Positions 25,598 to 34,824 of a stretch of 64,000 nucleotides of DNA are shown here, in pieces. How positions within the stretch are numbered: the first letter of the stretch is position 1; each line of letters starts with the position of its first letter. The position numbers and the translations under genes are program-made. The notes under the pieces are model-generated. The model saw only the letters and a program-made list of their open reading frames with translations, did no database searches and was not told the origin of the DNA. Source of the DNA: an uncultured Enterobacterales bacterium (GTDB taxonomy: Bacteria; Myxococcota_A; UBA796; CAJQPC01); assembly GCA_964604165.1 (NCBI GenBank), contig CAZRYF010000006.1, positions 62,317 to 126,316 of the forward strand, given 5' to 3'.

Positions 25598-27298
25598 TCA
25601 GATTCCGAGTTCGCGGCGCAGGCTGTTCAACAAGGTGCGGGCCACGCGGTTGCCCGGGTCGTCTTGAAGAAGCCCCTGCAGGCGCTTGATGGCCTGTTCG
25701 GGCTTGCCGTGCTTTCCCTCGATGAAGGCCAGAAAGTACTGTCCTTCCTTGTGGTGAGGGTCAAAAGAACTGGCGAGGCGCAGGAAGTCCAGCCCCTCCT
25801 TGCAGCGGTCCTCCACGGAGAGGTTGGCGTTGTGGTAGGTGGCCCAGCCGAGCCACGCCAGGTTCCGGGCCGAGTCCAGGCGCTCGTTCCGGGCTGCCGT
25901 AAAACACTGGGCGGCCCGCTCGAAGAGCCCGGCCTCCATGGCGGTCTGCCCTTCCTGGAACGCCAGGTCTTCCTTGGACAGGTTGCCGGCATCGTCCTCC
26001 ATGCCAAAGGTCGCCACTGCCTGCTTGCGGCCCGCCACCAACTCCTGGGCGTCCTCCACTCGACTCAGGATTTTGCCCGCCAGCTCCCGCACTGGATGCG
26101 GTTGCTTCTCATCGTTGGCCAGGGTGGAGTAGCGCTCCACCATGCGCTGCGCCTGGGCTTCCAATCGGTCTGGCGGAGTCGTCGGGGAGGCGCCCAACAC
26201 CGTGTAGTGGTCCGCTCCCTGGAGGGCACCCCACTCGCGCACGAGCCGCTTCATGGTCACGGTGGCCTCCTCCGAGGCACCCTCTGAAACGGACAGGCCT
26301 GCGCTGGGAAGGGAGCTTTCTTCTTCTCCGGTGGCCGGCTCCACGGCGGCGGGGGTCTCCGCAGCCCGGGCCGCTGCACGCCTTCTGGCTTCTGCCGCCG
26401 TCTTTCGTGCAGCGGCGCGGGTGGAAATGGCCTGGAATTCGATCACCCCCAGCTGTGCCAACGCTGCCAGTTCGCGGGCCTGTTCGTCGGTGCCGTCCAG
26501 GAGCGTCTCCAGGGGGACCTGGCTGCTGCTCGCCTGTAGCAAGGCCTTGACGGACGAGGAAGCCCCGAGCTCGTCCAGGCGGTCGTTGCGCTCCCCTGGG
26601 GCTGCCCAGGTCTTGTCCCGTTGCAGGACAAAGGTGGTTTGCACCCGAGCCATGCATCCCTCCATCAACAAAGTGGAGAAAGGCAGAATCGAGGCGCTTC
26701 CTGACTGGCTTGTCTCCGAAAAAGAAGCCCCCCCTTCGAACATGGCCAATCGTGCCAGCGCGAGCGAACCTTCATCCATGGCTGCACCTTCATTGAACAA
26801 CGCCCAGTTGTCCGTAGAAGCCAACCGAAGCACGCCTGTTCGCTTCTCAAGCCAGATGGACTGCAGGAGGCGAAGGGCCTTGCGATCAGGCTTTGGAGCA
26901 GGGACAGTGCTCGGCTCTGCGATCGGCGCATTGGCGGCCGCTTCCCGAAGGCGATCCGCCAGGTCCAGCATGGGAAATGGGCGGGCCAGAAAACCCTGGC
27001 ACCGGTGGTGGGACAGCAGGTGCTGCACGCGCGGGTCGGTGTCCGACCAGGTGGCGGACATGAGCAGAATAGGCAGGGTGGCCCCCACAGGCTCTCTGCG
27101 GAGACGCGTCAGAAGCGGGCCGGTCCCCGCGAGATCCCCGTCAAGCCCCAGCACCAGGAGATCCGGCAAGGAGGTGCGCACCCTGGAGAGGGCCTTTTCC
27201 GCGGAGGGAACCTGTTCGACGCGGATTCCGGTCTTGTCCAGCACCTGAGTGAGGACGCGGGCAAAGTCGGCATCTGATTCGAGGAGGATGAGCTTCAT
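25598..27298 (-). CDS. Atypical response-regulator receiver, PATAN/DUF4388-like, J-like (no HPD), TPR protein
   Basis: The REC-like N-terminus reads MKLILLESDADF...PDLLVLGLDGDL...ILLMSA...ARPF. The J-like segment ADHYTVLGASPTTPPDRLEAQAQRMVERY lacks the HPD motif. The C-terminus has TPR-like repeats. Confidence 0.6.
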   Translation of the reverse strand: MKLILLESDADFARVLTQVLDKTGIRVEQVPSAEKALSRVRTSLPDLLVLGLDGDLAGTGPLLTRLRREPVGATLPILLMSATWSDTDPRVQHLLSHHRCQGFLARPFPMLDLADRLREAAANAPIAEPSTVPAPKPDRKALRLLQSIWLEKRTGVLRLASTDNWALFNEGAAMDEGSLALARLAMFEGGASFSETSQSGSASILPFSTLLMEGCMARVQTTFVLQRDKTWAAPGERNDRLDELGASSSVKALLQASSSQVPLETLLDGTDEQARELAALAQLGVIEFQAISTRAAARKTAAEARRRAAARAAETPAAVEPATGEEESSLPSAGLSVSEGASEEATVTMKRLVREWGALQGADHYTVLGASPTTPPDRLEAQAQRMVERYSTLANDEKQPHPVRELAGKILSRVEDAQELVAGRKQAVATFGMEDDAGNLSKEDLAFQEGQTAMEAGLFERAAQCFTAARNERLDSARNLAWLGWATYHNANLSVEDRCKEGLDFLRLASSFDPHHKEGQYFLAFIEGKHGKPEQAIKRLQGLLQDDPGNRVARTLLNSLRRELGI

Positions 27299-27386
27299 GA
27301 GCAGTCAAGTCGAGGTTTTTCAGAGTGAATTGAACACACCTCGGTGCCGGCTGCAACGGTGTTCCCGAGACTCCGGGTCGTGATAG

Positions 27387-28694
27387 TTGCGCTTCATGGT
27401 TCGGTACTTTGGCAAGCTCACCCCCTCCTGGGAGTCCGTGGCTCGAATCGCTGCTTTGAAGCCACGGTTTTGTTGGTTTGATGGCCCCTGGGGCACAGTG
27501 CTTACCTGGGGAGGGCATTCGGACGTGGTTCCCGGGCCCGGTTGGATGGACGCCGTTCGGGGTCTTCTTCATCCCAAGTCCGAGGCGCCTGGGATGCCGT
27601 TTGCGGGAGGCGTGGTGGGGTATCTCGGCTACGAGGCGGGGAGGTGGTGTGAGAAGATGCCGTCTCCTCGAGAACCTCGCCCCCTGGCGGATCTCGCCTT
27701 GTGGCGTGTGGAGGGTGCGCTCTGGTGGGATGGGGGGGCTTGGAGGGCAGGGGGGGCTCCCGCTTTTGTGGAAATGGCGTCCGAGGTCTTGGAGAGTGCC
27801 TTTGAGGCATCCCTGCCCAGCATCCCCGTGGGTCACCTCGCCCATGTCGGGGATCCCGCAGGGTTCCTCCAGGGCGTGGAGCAGGTGTTGGCCTCCATTC
27901 GCGCGGGGGAGTGCTACCAGGCGAACCTGTCCCGGCGCCTCGTGGTGGAGAGGGCCGGCTCTCCTTTGGAGTGCGCGATTCGTCTCCGACGAACACACCC
28001 GGCGCGGTACGGAGCCGCGCTGCACCTCGGGGATGGAGGGCAGGTGATCTCGAACTCACCTGAGCTGCTTCTGCGCGTGGAAGATGGACAGGCGGAGACC
28101 CGGCCGGTCAAGGGAACCCGCCCGCGGGGAAAAAGCGACAAGCTGGATCGGGAGTTGGCGCGGCAGCTCATGGACGATCCCAAGGAGCGGGCGGAGCTCA
28201 CCATGATTGTGGATATGGCCCGTAATGACCTCTCCCGGGTGTGCACACCCGGCTCGGTGGTCGCCTCACCGAGGGTTCTGGCCTCCCTGCCCACCCTCTT
28301 CCATGCGGAGCAGTCCGTGCAAGGCCAATTGTCGCCTGGGAAGGACGCGGTTTCAGCCTTGGAGGCCACCTTTCCAGGTGCAAGCATCACCGGCGCCCCC
28401 AAGGTGGCGGCCATGGAGATCATCCATGCTCTGGAGCCGGTGCCGCGGGGGGTCTACACAGGTTGCATCGGGTTTTTCGCAGACGGGGGTTCGGCACAGT
28501 GGAACGTGGCCATTCGCACCGCCACTTTTCTACCCTCCGGGCACGGGGAGCACAGCGCCCATGTGCAGGTGGGGGCGGGAATCGTTGCCGACTCCGATCC
28601 ACGCATGGAGCTGGACGAGACCGATTGGAAGGCACGGGCGTGGCTCGCTGCAATTCTGGAACCAGAGACACAGGCCCAGGAGGTGCATTCGTGA
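27387..28694 (+). CDS. pabB: Aminodeoxychorismate synthase component I / chorismate-binding enzyme
   Basis: FPGASITGAPKVAAMEIIHALEPVPRGVYTGCIGFF is the chorismate-binding signature. The start is TTG at 27387 or ATG at 27396. Confidence 0.8.
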   Translation: MRFMVRYFGKLTPSWESVARIAALKPRFCWFDGPWGTVLTWGGHSDVVPGPGWMDAVRGLLHPKSEAPGMPFAGGVVGYLGYEAGRWCEKMPSPREPRPLADLALWRVEGALWWDGGAWRAGGAPAFVEMASEVLESAFEASLPSIPVGHLAHVGDPAGFLQGVEQVLASIRAGECYQANLSRRLVVERAGSPLECAIRLRRTHPARYGAALHLGDGGQVISNSPELLLRVEDGQAETRPVKGTRPRGKSDKLDRELARQLMDDPKERAELTMIVDMARNDLSRVCTPGSVVASPRVLASLPTLFHAEQSVQGQLSPGKDAVSALEATFPGASITGAPKVAAMEIIHALEPVPRGVYTGCIGFFADGGSAQWNVAIRTATFLPSGHGEHSAHVQVGAGIVADSDPRMELDETDWKARAWLAAILEPETQAQEVHS

Positions 28695-29161
28695 GTTCAC
28701 CAGCAGACGGATCTCCAATCTTGGACGCCCAGGTAGCGGACTACCTGGGGACTTTGGACACCGAGAGCGACTCGCTGCTCGACGCCCTTGAAGCTCATGC
28801 AGCCCAGCGGGGCTTTCCCTTGATCGGCAGGGCGAGTGGGCGTTGGCTCACCTTGTTGGCGCAGGCAGTTGGCGCCCGAAGGGTGTTTGAAGTGGGGAGT
28901 GGTTTTGGGTACTCCGCCTACTTCTTCGCCCATGCGGTGGGCCCGGATGGCGAGATCCATGGAGCGGACCGAGACGCCCACGAGCTGGACGACCACCGCC
29001 GCCTGTATGGCGACCACCCTTTCTCCCAGCGCATCCACATTCACCACGGGGAAGCGCTCGAGGTGTTGTCCGGGCTGCCGGGTCTCTTTGATGTCTTTCT
29101 CCTGACCAGCGCAATCCTCCCGGTCGGGGATGGCCTGGGGGTCTGCGTCAAGACTTCCTGA
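28691..29161 (+). CDS. Class I SAM-dependent O-methyltransferase (family 3) carrying an apparent in-frame internal deletion
   Basis: The start is in a GTGA overlap with pabB. SAM motif I is RVFEVGSGFGYSAYFFA. After FDVFLL the sequence jumps straight to the family C-terminus TSAILPVGDGLGVCVK. The product is 156 aa, against the 210-220 aa I recall for this family. Confidence 0.55.
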   Translation: MSSPADGSPILDAQVADYLGTLDTESDSLLDALEAHAAQRGFPLIGRASGRWLTLLAQAVGARRVFEVGSGFGYSAYFFAHAVGPDGEIHGADRDAHELDDHRRLYGDHPFSQRIHIHHGEALEVLSGLPGLFDVFLLTSAILPVGDGLGVCVKTS

Positions 29162-29738
29162 ACCGCTGGGTGGCGGCGACAACGTCCTCCTGTCCCAGCA
29201 GGGCCGAAATGGGTGCCCAAGCCTGGACACCCGTGCCGCGTACCTCAGAGAGGTTCTCCTCGGTGATCCCGCCAATGGCCACAACCGGTGTGTCACCGGC
29301 CGCCTCCACCGCTCGTTGCAGGGCGATCAGGCCCCGGGGGGAGTAGCCCGTGGCCTTGGTTTTGGATCCAAAAACAGGCCCGAACCCGATGTAGTCCACT
29401 CCCTCTTCCAGGGCCGCATGGATCTGTGCCTCATTATGGGTGGAGCGGCCCAGGAGCGCTCCCCGTGGAAGGTCCACTCGCTGCACTGCGCCATCCTCCT
29501 GGCCCAGGTGAAGTCCGCCTGCAAGGGGCGCCAAATCCACGTGGTCGTTGACCAGGACCAGGCAGCCCCGGGCGGCGCAAGCTGGAGTGATCTCCTGCAG
29601 AGCCTCGCGGACTCGGGAGGGTTCCCAACGCTTGCATCGAACCTGGAGTGTTTCCACCTCCCCTTCCAACAGTTGCAACGCCAGGGCAACCGGGTCTCCA
29701 AAGTCCGCGTCGGCGATGGCGTAGAGCCCCCGGATCAC
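29148..29738 (-). CDS. thiE: Thiamine-phosphate synthase
   Basis: The 196-aa product contains LYAIAD, HLGQED, GRSTHN, DYIGFGPVFGSKTK and VVAIGGI. Confidence 0.9.
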   Translation of the reverse strand: MIRGLYAIADADFGDPVALALQLLEGEVETLQVRCKRWEPSRVREALQEITPACAARGCLVLVNDHVDLAPLAGGLHLGQEDGAVQRVDLPRGALLGRSTHNEAQIHAALEEGVDYIGFGPVFGSKTKATGYSPRGLIALQRAVEAAGDTPVVAIGGITEENLSEVRGTGVQAWAPISALLGQEDVVAATQRFRKS

Positions 29739-30961
29739 GCTTCCTCTCCCTCAATGCCAAGCTGCGCGATCTTGGTGCGCAGGGTGTTTCTTGCGACTCC
29801 GAGTAAATTGGCGGCCGCCTTTTGGTTGCCGCCGGTCCGGGACAGCGCCAAGCGAAACAAGGCCCTCTCGGTGGCGTTGACCGCAAGTCGATGAAGCCCG
29901 AGCTCTGAGTCGATCTGGTACTCCTCGACAATGGGTCCCAATCGGGCTTCCACCACTTTCTCGAATCCCTGGGCCAGGTCGCGAATCTCAGCGTGTGGGT
30001 TTTTTTGTATCAGGTCACGCACGGCGCGAGGGAGATCTCGTCGGCGGATCTCCGGTCGGTTGGTGGAGGTCAACACCCGGACCACCAAGTGCTCCAGTTC
30101 CTTTGTGTTGCCGGGCCAGTCGTAGGCGTGGAGCATTCTCCAGACGGAATCATCCAGGCGCCTTTTGGGCATTCCAAGGGTCCGTCGGTATTGCTCCATG
30201 TAGAGACGGGTCAGGAGCTTGATGTCCTTTTGTCTCTCTCGCAGCGGGGGCAACGACAGGTGGGTCCAGGCGAGTACCTCATCATCTCCAACGGGAGGAC
30301 TGCGGGACCCTCCGATGATGCGCCAGCGGGTTTCTTCCAGACTTCGGATGAGCTGCTCCAGGTCTTCGTTTTCCCACTCGTCCACGTCCTTCAGGTACAG
30401 GGTGCCCTCTCTTCCTGAGAGGTTTGGCATGGCCTTGCCACGATGCTTGACGAAAGGGCCGGTGTCTCCCTTGAGAGCGTGAAGGGCTCGGGCAATGCTC
30501 TCTTTGTTGGTGCCGCGCTCCCCTTGGATTCGGACTGGAAGGGGATGGGTCGCCATGCGGGCCAATCGGCGAAAGGGCTTTCTCCCGAGCCCCATGTGGC
30601 GCAGGATGCGGCGCTCCCTGGAGTCCAAGCTGGCAGGGGTGCGGGACCGGACCTGCCCCAGAAGCAGGTCCTGTCGGGTCGATACACGTGTCAGGGGTGG
30701 TGCTGCACCCCCCATGACCCGCACCAGGGGCTTGTGGGTGAGGGAGGCTGTGATTTGGAGGAGTAGATTTGGTTGGAGCTCGGGTAAGTCCGCATCCACC
30801 AGGACCATGGTGCAGCCGGGATCGGCGAGCCCTCGCACCAGCCCATCCCAGCCGGTCGTGGCATGCACAGCGTGACCTGTGTCGGCCAGGGGTTCAACCA
30901 CCTGGTTCCGCAGGGTCTCGTCCTGGGTAGCGATGACAATGTGGGACATGGGGGGTGCCAA
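29735..30961 (-). CDS. NtrC-family-like regulator: REC-like domain, strongly reduced AAA+ domain, Fis-type HTH
   Basis: The Walker-A-like motif is GERGTNKE, against the consensus GESGTGKE. No GAFTGA loop is present. The conserved tail YDWPGNTKELEH is retained. The C-terminal HTH reads GGNQKAAANLLGVARNTLRTKI. Confidence 0.7.
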   Translation of the reverse strand: MAPPMSHIVIATQDETLRNQVVEPLADTGHAVHATTGWDGLVRGLADPGCTMVLVDADLPELQPNLLLQITASLTHKPLVRVMGGAAPPLTRVSTRQDLLLGQVRSRTPASLDSRERRILRHMGLGRKPFRRLARMATHPLPVRIQGERGTNKESIARALHALKGDTGPFVKHRGKAMPNLSGREGTLYLKDVDEWENEDLEQLIRSLEETRWRIIGGSRSPPVGDDEVLAWTHLSLPPLRERQKDIKLLTRLYMEQYRRTLGMPKRRLDDSVWRMLHAYDWPGNTKELEHLVVRVLTSTNRPEIRRRDLPRAVRDLIQKNPHAEIRDLAQGFEKVVEARLGPIVEEYQIDSELGLHRLAVNATERALFRLALSRTGGNQKAAANLLGVARNTLRTKIAQLGIEGEEA

Positions 30962-31042
30962 GCGGTGGGTGCGCCGGTGGTAGCGCAGGAAGGCCCGCCG
31001 AGCAACGCTGGCTGGGGAGGGGGGACCCGGCTACGGGAGGCC

Positions 31043-32497
31043 ATGATCTCGTTTCTTCCGCTCCTTGGTTGTGCCCTCTGCGTACCCGCATGGGGTCAGG
31101 AAGAGAGCCCCTGGAGCCCACCGAAAGAGGAGAAAGGTGAGCCTCCTTCTCTGTGGGACATCGTGGAGCAGGGGAGCGAGCCTGTGTCGGAGGAGGGAAA
31201 ACAAGAGGCCGAGGAGTTTTCGGAAGAGAAGGTGGCAGAGCAAGAGGTGATGGAGAATGGCGCCTGGCCCGGGGCCCCCGCGGAGGAAGTGGAGGAGCCG
31301 CCGGTGGAACCCGATCCGAAGAGCGGCTTGGACCCCTCCGAGTTCGACATTCCAGTGGTGTTGAACGCGGATGTCCTGCGCTGGGTCCACTACTTTCAGG
31401 GGCGTGGCAGCAAGTACTATCGAAAGTGGCTTGCACGGCAGGGCCGGTACCAGCCCATGATTTCCGCGGCCTTGGCGGAGGCAGGTCTTCCCCAGGACAC
31501 CATCTACCTGGCCATGATCGAGTCGGGTTTCTCTCCCCATGCCAAGTCGACTGCATCCGCGGTGGGACTCTGGCAGTTCATTGCTCCTACAGGCCGTGGC
31601 TACGGCCTTCGAATTGACTACTGGGTCGACGAACGCCGGGATCCAGAAGCCGCCACGGCGGCCGCTGTGGACATGTTGGACGATCTCTACCGGCTCTTCG
31701 GGGACTGGCCTCTGGCATGGTCTGCTTACAACGCGGGCACCGGCCGGGTGCGTGGGGCGGTCCGAAAACAGGGAACCGACGACTACTGGGAGCTTGTACG
31801 CCTCAAGGGGTTGCCCCCCGAGACGCGAAACTACGTGCCCAAGCTCATGGCGGCGGCCATTATCGGAAAGCATCCAGCGCGCTACGGGTTCACAGGCATC
31901 ACCCCACGGGCTCCCCTGGTCTACGACACGGTGGAGGTGAAGGGGTCGGTCACGCTGGATGTGATCGCGCGCTGCGCGGGTGTGGACGAGGCGGCAGTCA
32001 CCACCTTGAACCCTGCCTTGCTCCGAGGCGCAACACCTCCGCAGGCCGTAACCCGGGTGCGCATTCCCCTCGGAACGACCGCTGCGTTTCAGGCAGCCAT
32101 TGTCAACGTGCCCGCTGCTGAACGTGTCACCTACCGCAAGCACAAGGTCCAACCGGGGGAGTCCCTGGGGGCCATCGCATCCCGGTATGGGGTGGATGTG
32201 TCGGCGCTTGTGGAGTTCAACCGCATCTCTGATCCCAACCGGATCGCGGTAGGAATGGAGGTGGTGGTACCCTTGCCGGGTGCGGGGACCGGTTCGGCGT
32301 CTTCCAGTGCCACTGGAGAACCCATGAAGGTAAAGGTCCGGAACGGAGACAGTCTGGGGGGAATCGCCCAAAGACACGGGGTAAGCGTGGGAGACCTGGT
32401 CGCCTGGAACCAGGTGGAGGACCCGAACCAGCTCCAGGTGGGCCAGGTGCTTCTGGTTTTTCCGCAGCCCCTCAAACGTGACAGCGGAGCGCAGTGA
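31043..32497 (+). CDS. Lytic murein transglycosylase (MltD-like) with LysM domains
   Basis: A signal peptide is present (MISFLPLLGCALCVPAWG). The SLT catalytic region reads AMIESGFSPHAKSTASAVGLWQF. There are two clear LysM repeats, HKVQPGESLGAIASRYGV... and VKVRNGDSLGGIAQRHGV.... Confidence 0.8.
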   Translation: MISFLPLLGCALCVPAWGQEESPWSPPKEEKGEPPSLWDIVEQGSEPVSEEGKQEAEEFSEEKVAEQEVMENGAWPGAPAEEVEEPPVEPDPKSGLDPSEFDIPVVLNADVLRWVHYFQGRGSKYYRKWLARQGRYQPMISAALAEAGLPQDTIYLAMIESGFSPHAKSTASAVGLWQFIAPTGRGYGLRIDYWVDERRDPEAATAAAVDMLDDLYRLFGDWPLAWSAYNAGTGRVRGAVRKQGTDDYWELVRLKGLPPETRNYVPKLMAAAIIGKHPARYGFTGITPRAPLVYDTVEVKGSVTLDVIARCAGVDEAAVTTLNPALLRGATPPQAVTRVRIPLGTTAAFQAAIVNVPAAERVTYRKHKVQPGESLGAIASRYGVDVSALVEFNRISDPNRIAVGMEVVVPLPGAGTGSASSSATGEPMKVKVRNGDSLGGIAQRHGVSVGDLVAWNQVEDPNQLQVGQVLLVFPQPLKRDSGAQ

Positions 32498-32513
32498 TGA
32501 AGGGAGCGAGCTG

Positions 32514-33743
32514 ATGCTGTCGCCTGAGGAGGCCTTGAGGCGGGTCCTGACCGCCGTCACTCCGCCGTTGATCGAGGAGATCCCCATCGAGAAGGCGTGC
32601 GGGCGGGTGCTCGCAGAAGATGTGACCGCCCCGGCGGACCTTCCTCCGTGGGACAACTCGGCCATGGACGGGTTCGCCGTGGTGTCCGCGGACACTCAGG
32701 CGGTTCCAGTGCGCTTGCCGGTGGTGGAGCACATCGGTGCGGGTCAATCACCGTCTGTCTTGATCACGCCGGGCACGTGCGCCCGGATCATGACCGGCGC
32801 CCCCATGCCGGAAGGGGCGGATGCGGTGGTGATGATTGAGCACACGGACGGAGGTATGGAGGTTGTGGAGGTCGTCAAGGGGGTCAACCCCCGGCAGAAC
32901 GTGCGGGAAAAGGGAAACGATGTTTCGGTCGGGACGGTGGTCCTTCGTGGCGGCCGAACACTCGGTCCCCCGGAGGTGGGGCTGTTGGCGGGGCTCGGCA
33001 TGCCGCGCGTGCGGGTGGCGCGGCAGCCCCGGGTGGCCATTCTTTCCACCGGTGACGAGGTCATGCCGGTGGATGCGCCCTTGCAGCCTGGGCAGATCCA
33101 CTCCTCCAACACCCACACTCTCATGGGAATGGTCGCTGCCGCGGGGGGGATCGGTGTGGACTGTGGAATTGCTCCGGACGACCCGGACGAGTTGAAGCAG
33201 TACCTGGACCGTTGCGTGAAGGAGGATCTGATCGTGACCACGGGGGGGGTGTCCATGGGGGATCACGATCACGTCAAGGACGCTTTTGATGCCCACGATG
33301 CAGCGCTGGACTTCTGGAAGATTCGTATGAAGCCGGGCAAGCCGCTTGCCTTTGGGAGCATGGGAGGCAAGCCCGCTTTTGGCCTTCCGGGCAACCCGGT
33401 CTCGTGCATGGTGGGCTTTCTCCAGTTTGTGCGGCCGGTGATCCGGGGCTTTCTGGGGGATCCGTCCCCCTTTCTCCCGGTGGTGCGGGCGCGGCTCACC
33501 AACGAGGTGAGAAAGAAGCCCGGGCGGGCGGAGTTCTGCCGGGTGTCCCTGGCGAATCTCGATGGGATTCAAGCCACCCCAGCGGCCAACGTCTCCTCCG
33601 GCGCGATCACCTCCATGGTCTTCGCGGATGGATTTGCGCTTCTGGGAGAAGACTGCGCTGGCCTTGCAGCGGGAGACGAGGTCTCGGTCCAGGTGCTGCG
33701 GTGGGACTGGACCGGCCGGTCCGAGGCCAGGTTCGATTGGTAA
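32514..33743 (+). CDS. moeA: Molybdopterin molybdenumtransferase
   Basis: MoeA hallmarks LPPWDNSAMDGFAV, RIMTGAPMPEGAD and SGGVSMGDHD are present. The ATG at 32514 was chosen (MLSPEEAL). Confidence 0.9.
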   Translation: MLSPEEALRRVLTAVTPPLIEEIPIEKACGRVLAEDVTAPADLPPWDNSAMDGFAVVSADTQAVPVRLPVVEHIGAGQSPSVLITPGTCARIMTGAPMPEGADAVVMIEHTDGGMEVVEVVKGVNPRQNVREKGNDVSVGTVVLRGGRTLGPPEVGLLAGLGMPRVRVARQPRVAILSTGDEVMPVDAPLQPGQIHSSNTHTLMGMVAAAGGIGVDCGIAPDDPDELKQYLDRCVKEDLIVTTGGVSMGDHDHVKDAFDAHDAALDFWKIRMKPGKPLAFGSMGGKPAFGLPGNPVSCMVGFLQFVRPVIRGFLGDPSPFLPVVRARLTNEVRKKPGRAEFCRVSLANLDGIQATPAANVSSGAITSMVFADGFALLGEDCAGLAAGDEVSVQVLRWDWTGRSEARFDW

Positions 33744-34258
33744 GGGGCTTTGTGCTGGCGGGGGGCCAGTCCCGGCGCTTCGGCACGGACAAGGCCCGGC
33801 ACCCGGTGAATGGCCTTCCCATGGCGGCCAGGGTGGCGTCGGTGCTGGAGGCGGCAGGTCTTCCCGTGCAACTGGTCGTGCGAGACCTTGCCCTGGAGGA
33901 GCTGGGCATCCCGCTCTTGCTGGAGCCGCCCACGAAGGAGCCCCCTCATCCGCTGCGGGGGGTGCTGGCGGCGCTGGGTTCTCTGGAGACAGGGGACACG
34001 GCGCTGCTGGTGCCCTGCGATGTTCCTGGACTTCTCGCGTCTGGCGTGGCCCTGCTGGTGGAAGCGGGAGCTTCGTCCGTGGCCGTGGATGGGAAGGGAC
34101 GTGTACATCCCCTGGTGGCCCATCTCTCTGGGAGTTGGGCGCCCCAAGTGGAGGCAGTTTTGGCGGCGGGTGGCAGCGCCACTGCGGCCCTGGCCGGCGC
34201 GAGCCCTGTGTCCTTTCCTGAGGACCAATTGGTCAATTGGAACCGTCCGCCGGGATAA
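33737..34258 (+). CDS. mobA: Molybdenum cofactor guanylyltransferase
   Basis: Supporting motifs are GFVLAGGQSRRFGTDK and LVPCDVP. The start is uncertain, either TTG at 33737 or GTG at 33752. Confidence 0.75.
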   Translation: MVRGFVLAGGQSRRFGTDKARHPVNGLPMAARVASVLEAAGLPVQLVVRDLALEELGIPLLLEPPTKEPPHPLRGVLAALGSLETGDTALLVPCDVPGLLASGVALLVEAGASSVAVDGKGRVHPLVAHLSGSWAPQVEAVLAAGGSATAALAGASPVSFPEDQLVNWNRPPG

Positions 34259-34268
34259 GACCTCTTTC

Positions 34269-34799
34269 ATGGGCCACAGGGAACATCACAGTCATGCTGG
34301 ACGCACCTCGGTGAAAGTACGGCTCGCGGTGGTTTCCACCACCCGAACTGACAAGACGGACACCTCGGGTGCTGTGTTGAAGGAGCGCCTCGAGGCTGCC
34401 GGACACCGGGTTTCGGGGTTGGACTTTCTGCCCGATGATCCCGACCGGGTGCGAGCCTGGGTGCTGGAAGCGATTCAAGGTGGCCAAGAGCAGGCGCTGG
34501 TGCTCTCGGGGGGCACTGGGGTTTCTGCCCGGGATGGGACCTTTGAGGCTGTGGCTGAAGTGATCGACCGGCCCTTGCCGGGGTTCGGTGAGTTGTTTCG
34601 CATGTTGTCATTCCAGGAGATTGGTGCGGCCGCCATGCTCTCTCGGGCGTCCGCTGGAATCTGCCAGGGGGTGGTCCTCTTTTCCGTTCCTGGATCCACG
34701 GCGGCCTGTCGCCTCGCAGTGGACTCGCTGATCGGCCCGGAGCTGTCCCACCTGGTGTGGGAGCTCTCCAAGGAGGCCCCTTCCGGCTCGGCCGGATAA
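34269..34799 (+). CDS. moaB: Molybdenum cofactor biosynthesis protein B (MoaB/MogA family)
   Basis: Supporting motifs are VVSTTRTDKTDTSG, LVLSGGTGVSARD and VPGSTAAC. Confidence 0.8.
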   Translation: MGHREHHSHAGRTSVKVRLAVVSTTRTDKTDTSGAVLKERLEAAGHRVSGLDFLPDDPDRVRAWVLEAIQGGQEQALVLSGGTGVSARDGTFEAVAEVIDRPLPGFGELFRMLSFQEIGAAAMLSRASAGICQGVVLFSVPGSTAACRLAVDSLIGPELSHLVWELSKEAPSGSAG

Positions 34800-34824
34800 G
34801 AGAGAGCCTTAGATCGAGGGCGCC

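Noticed and set aside
29130-29894. A + strand ORF containing GGDNVLLSQQGRNG and TRAAYLREVLLGDP. These superficially resemble the missing C-terminal part of the O-methyltransferase, which would suggest a frameshifted full-length gene.
   Set aside because: The segment is the exact antisense of a well-supported thiE gene (..PISALLGQEDVVAA..). The in-frame OMT ORF already ends with the family C-terminal motif LPVGDGL, so the resemblance is taken as coincidental.
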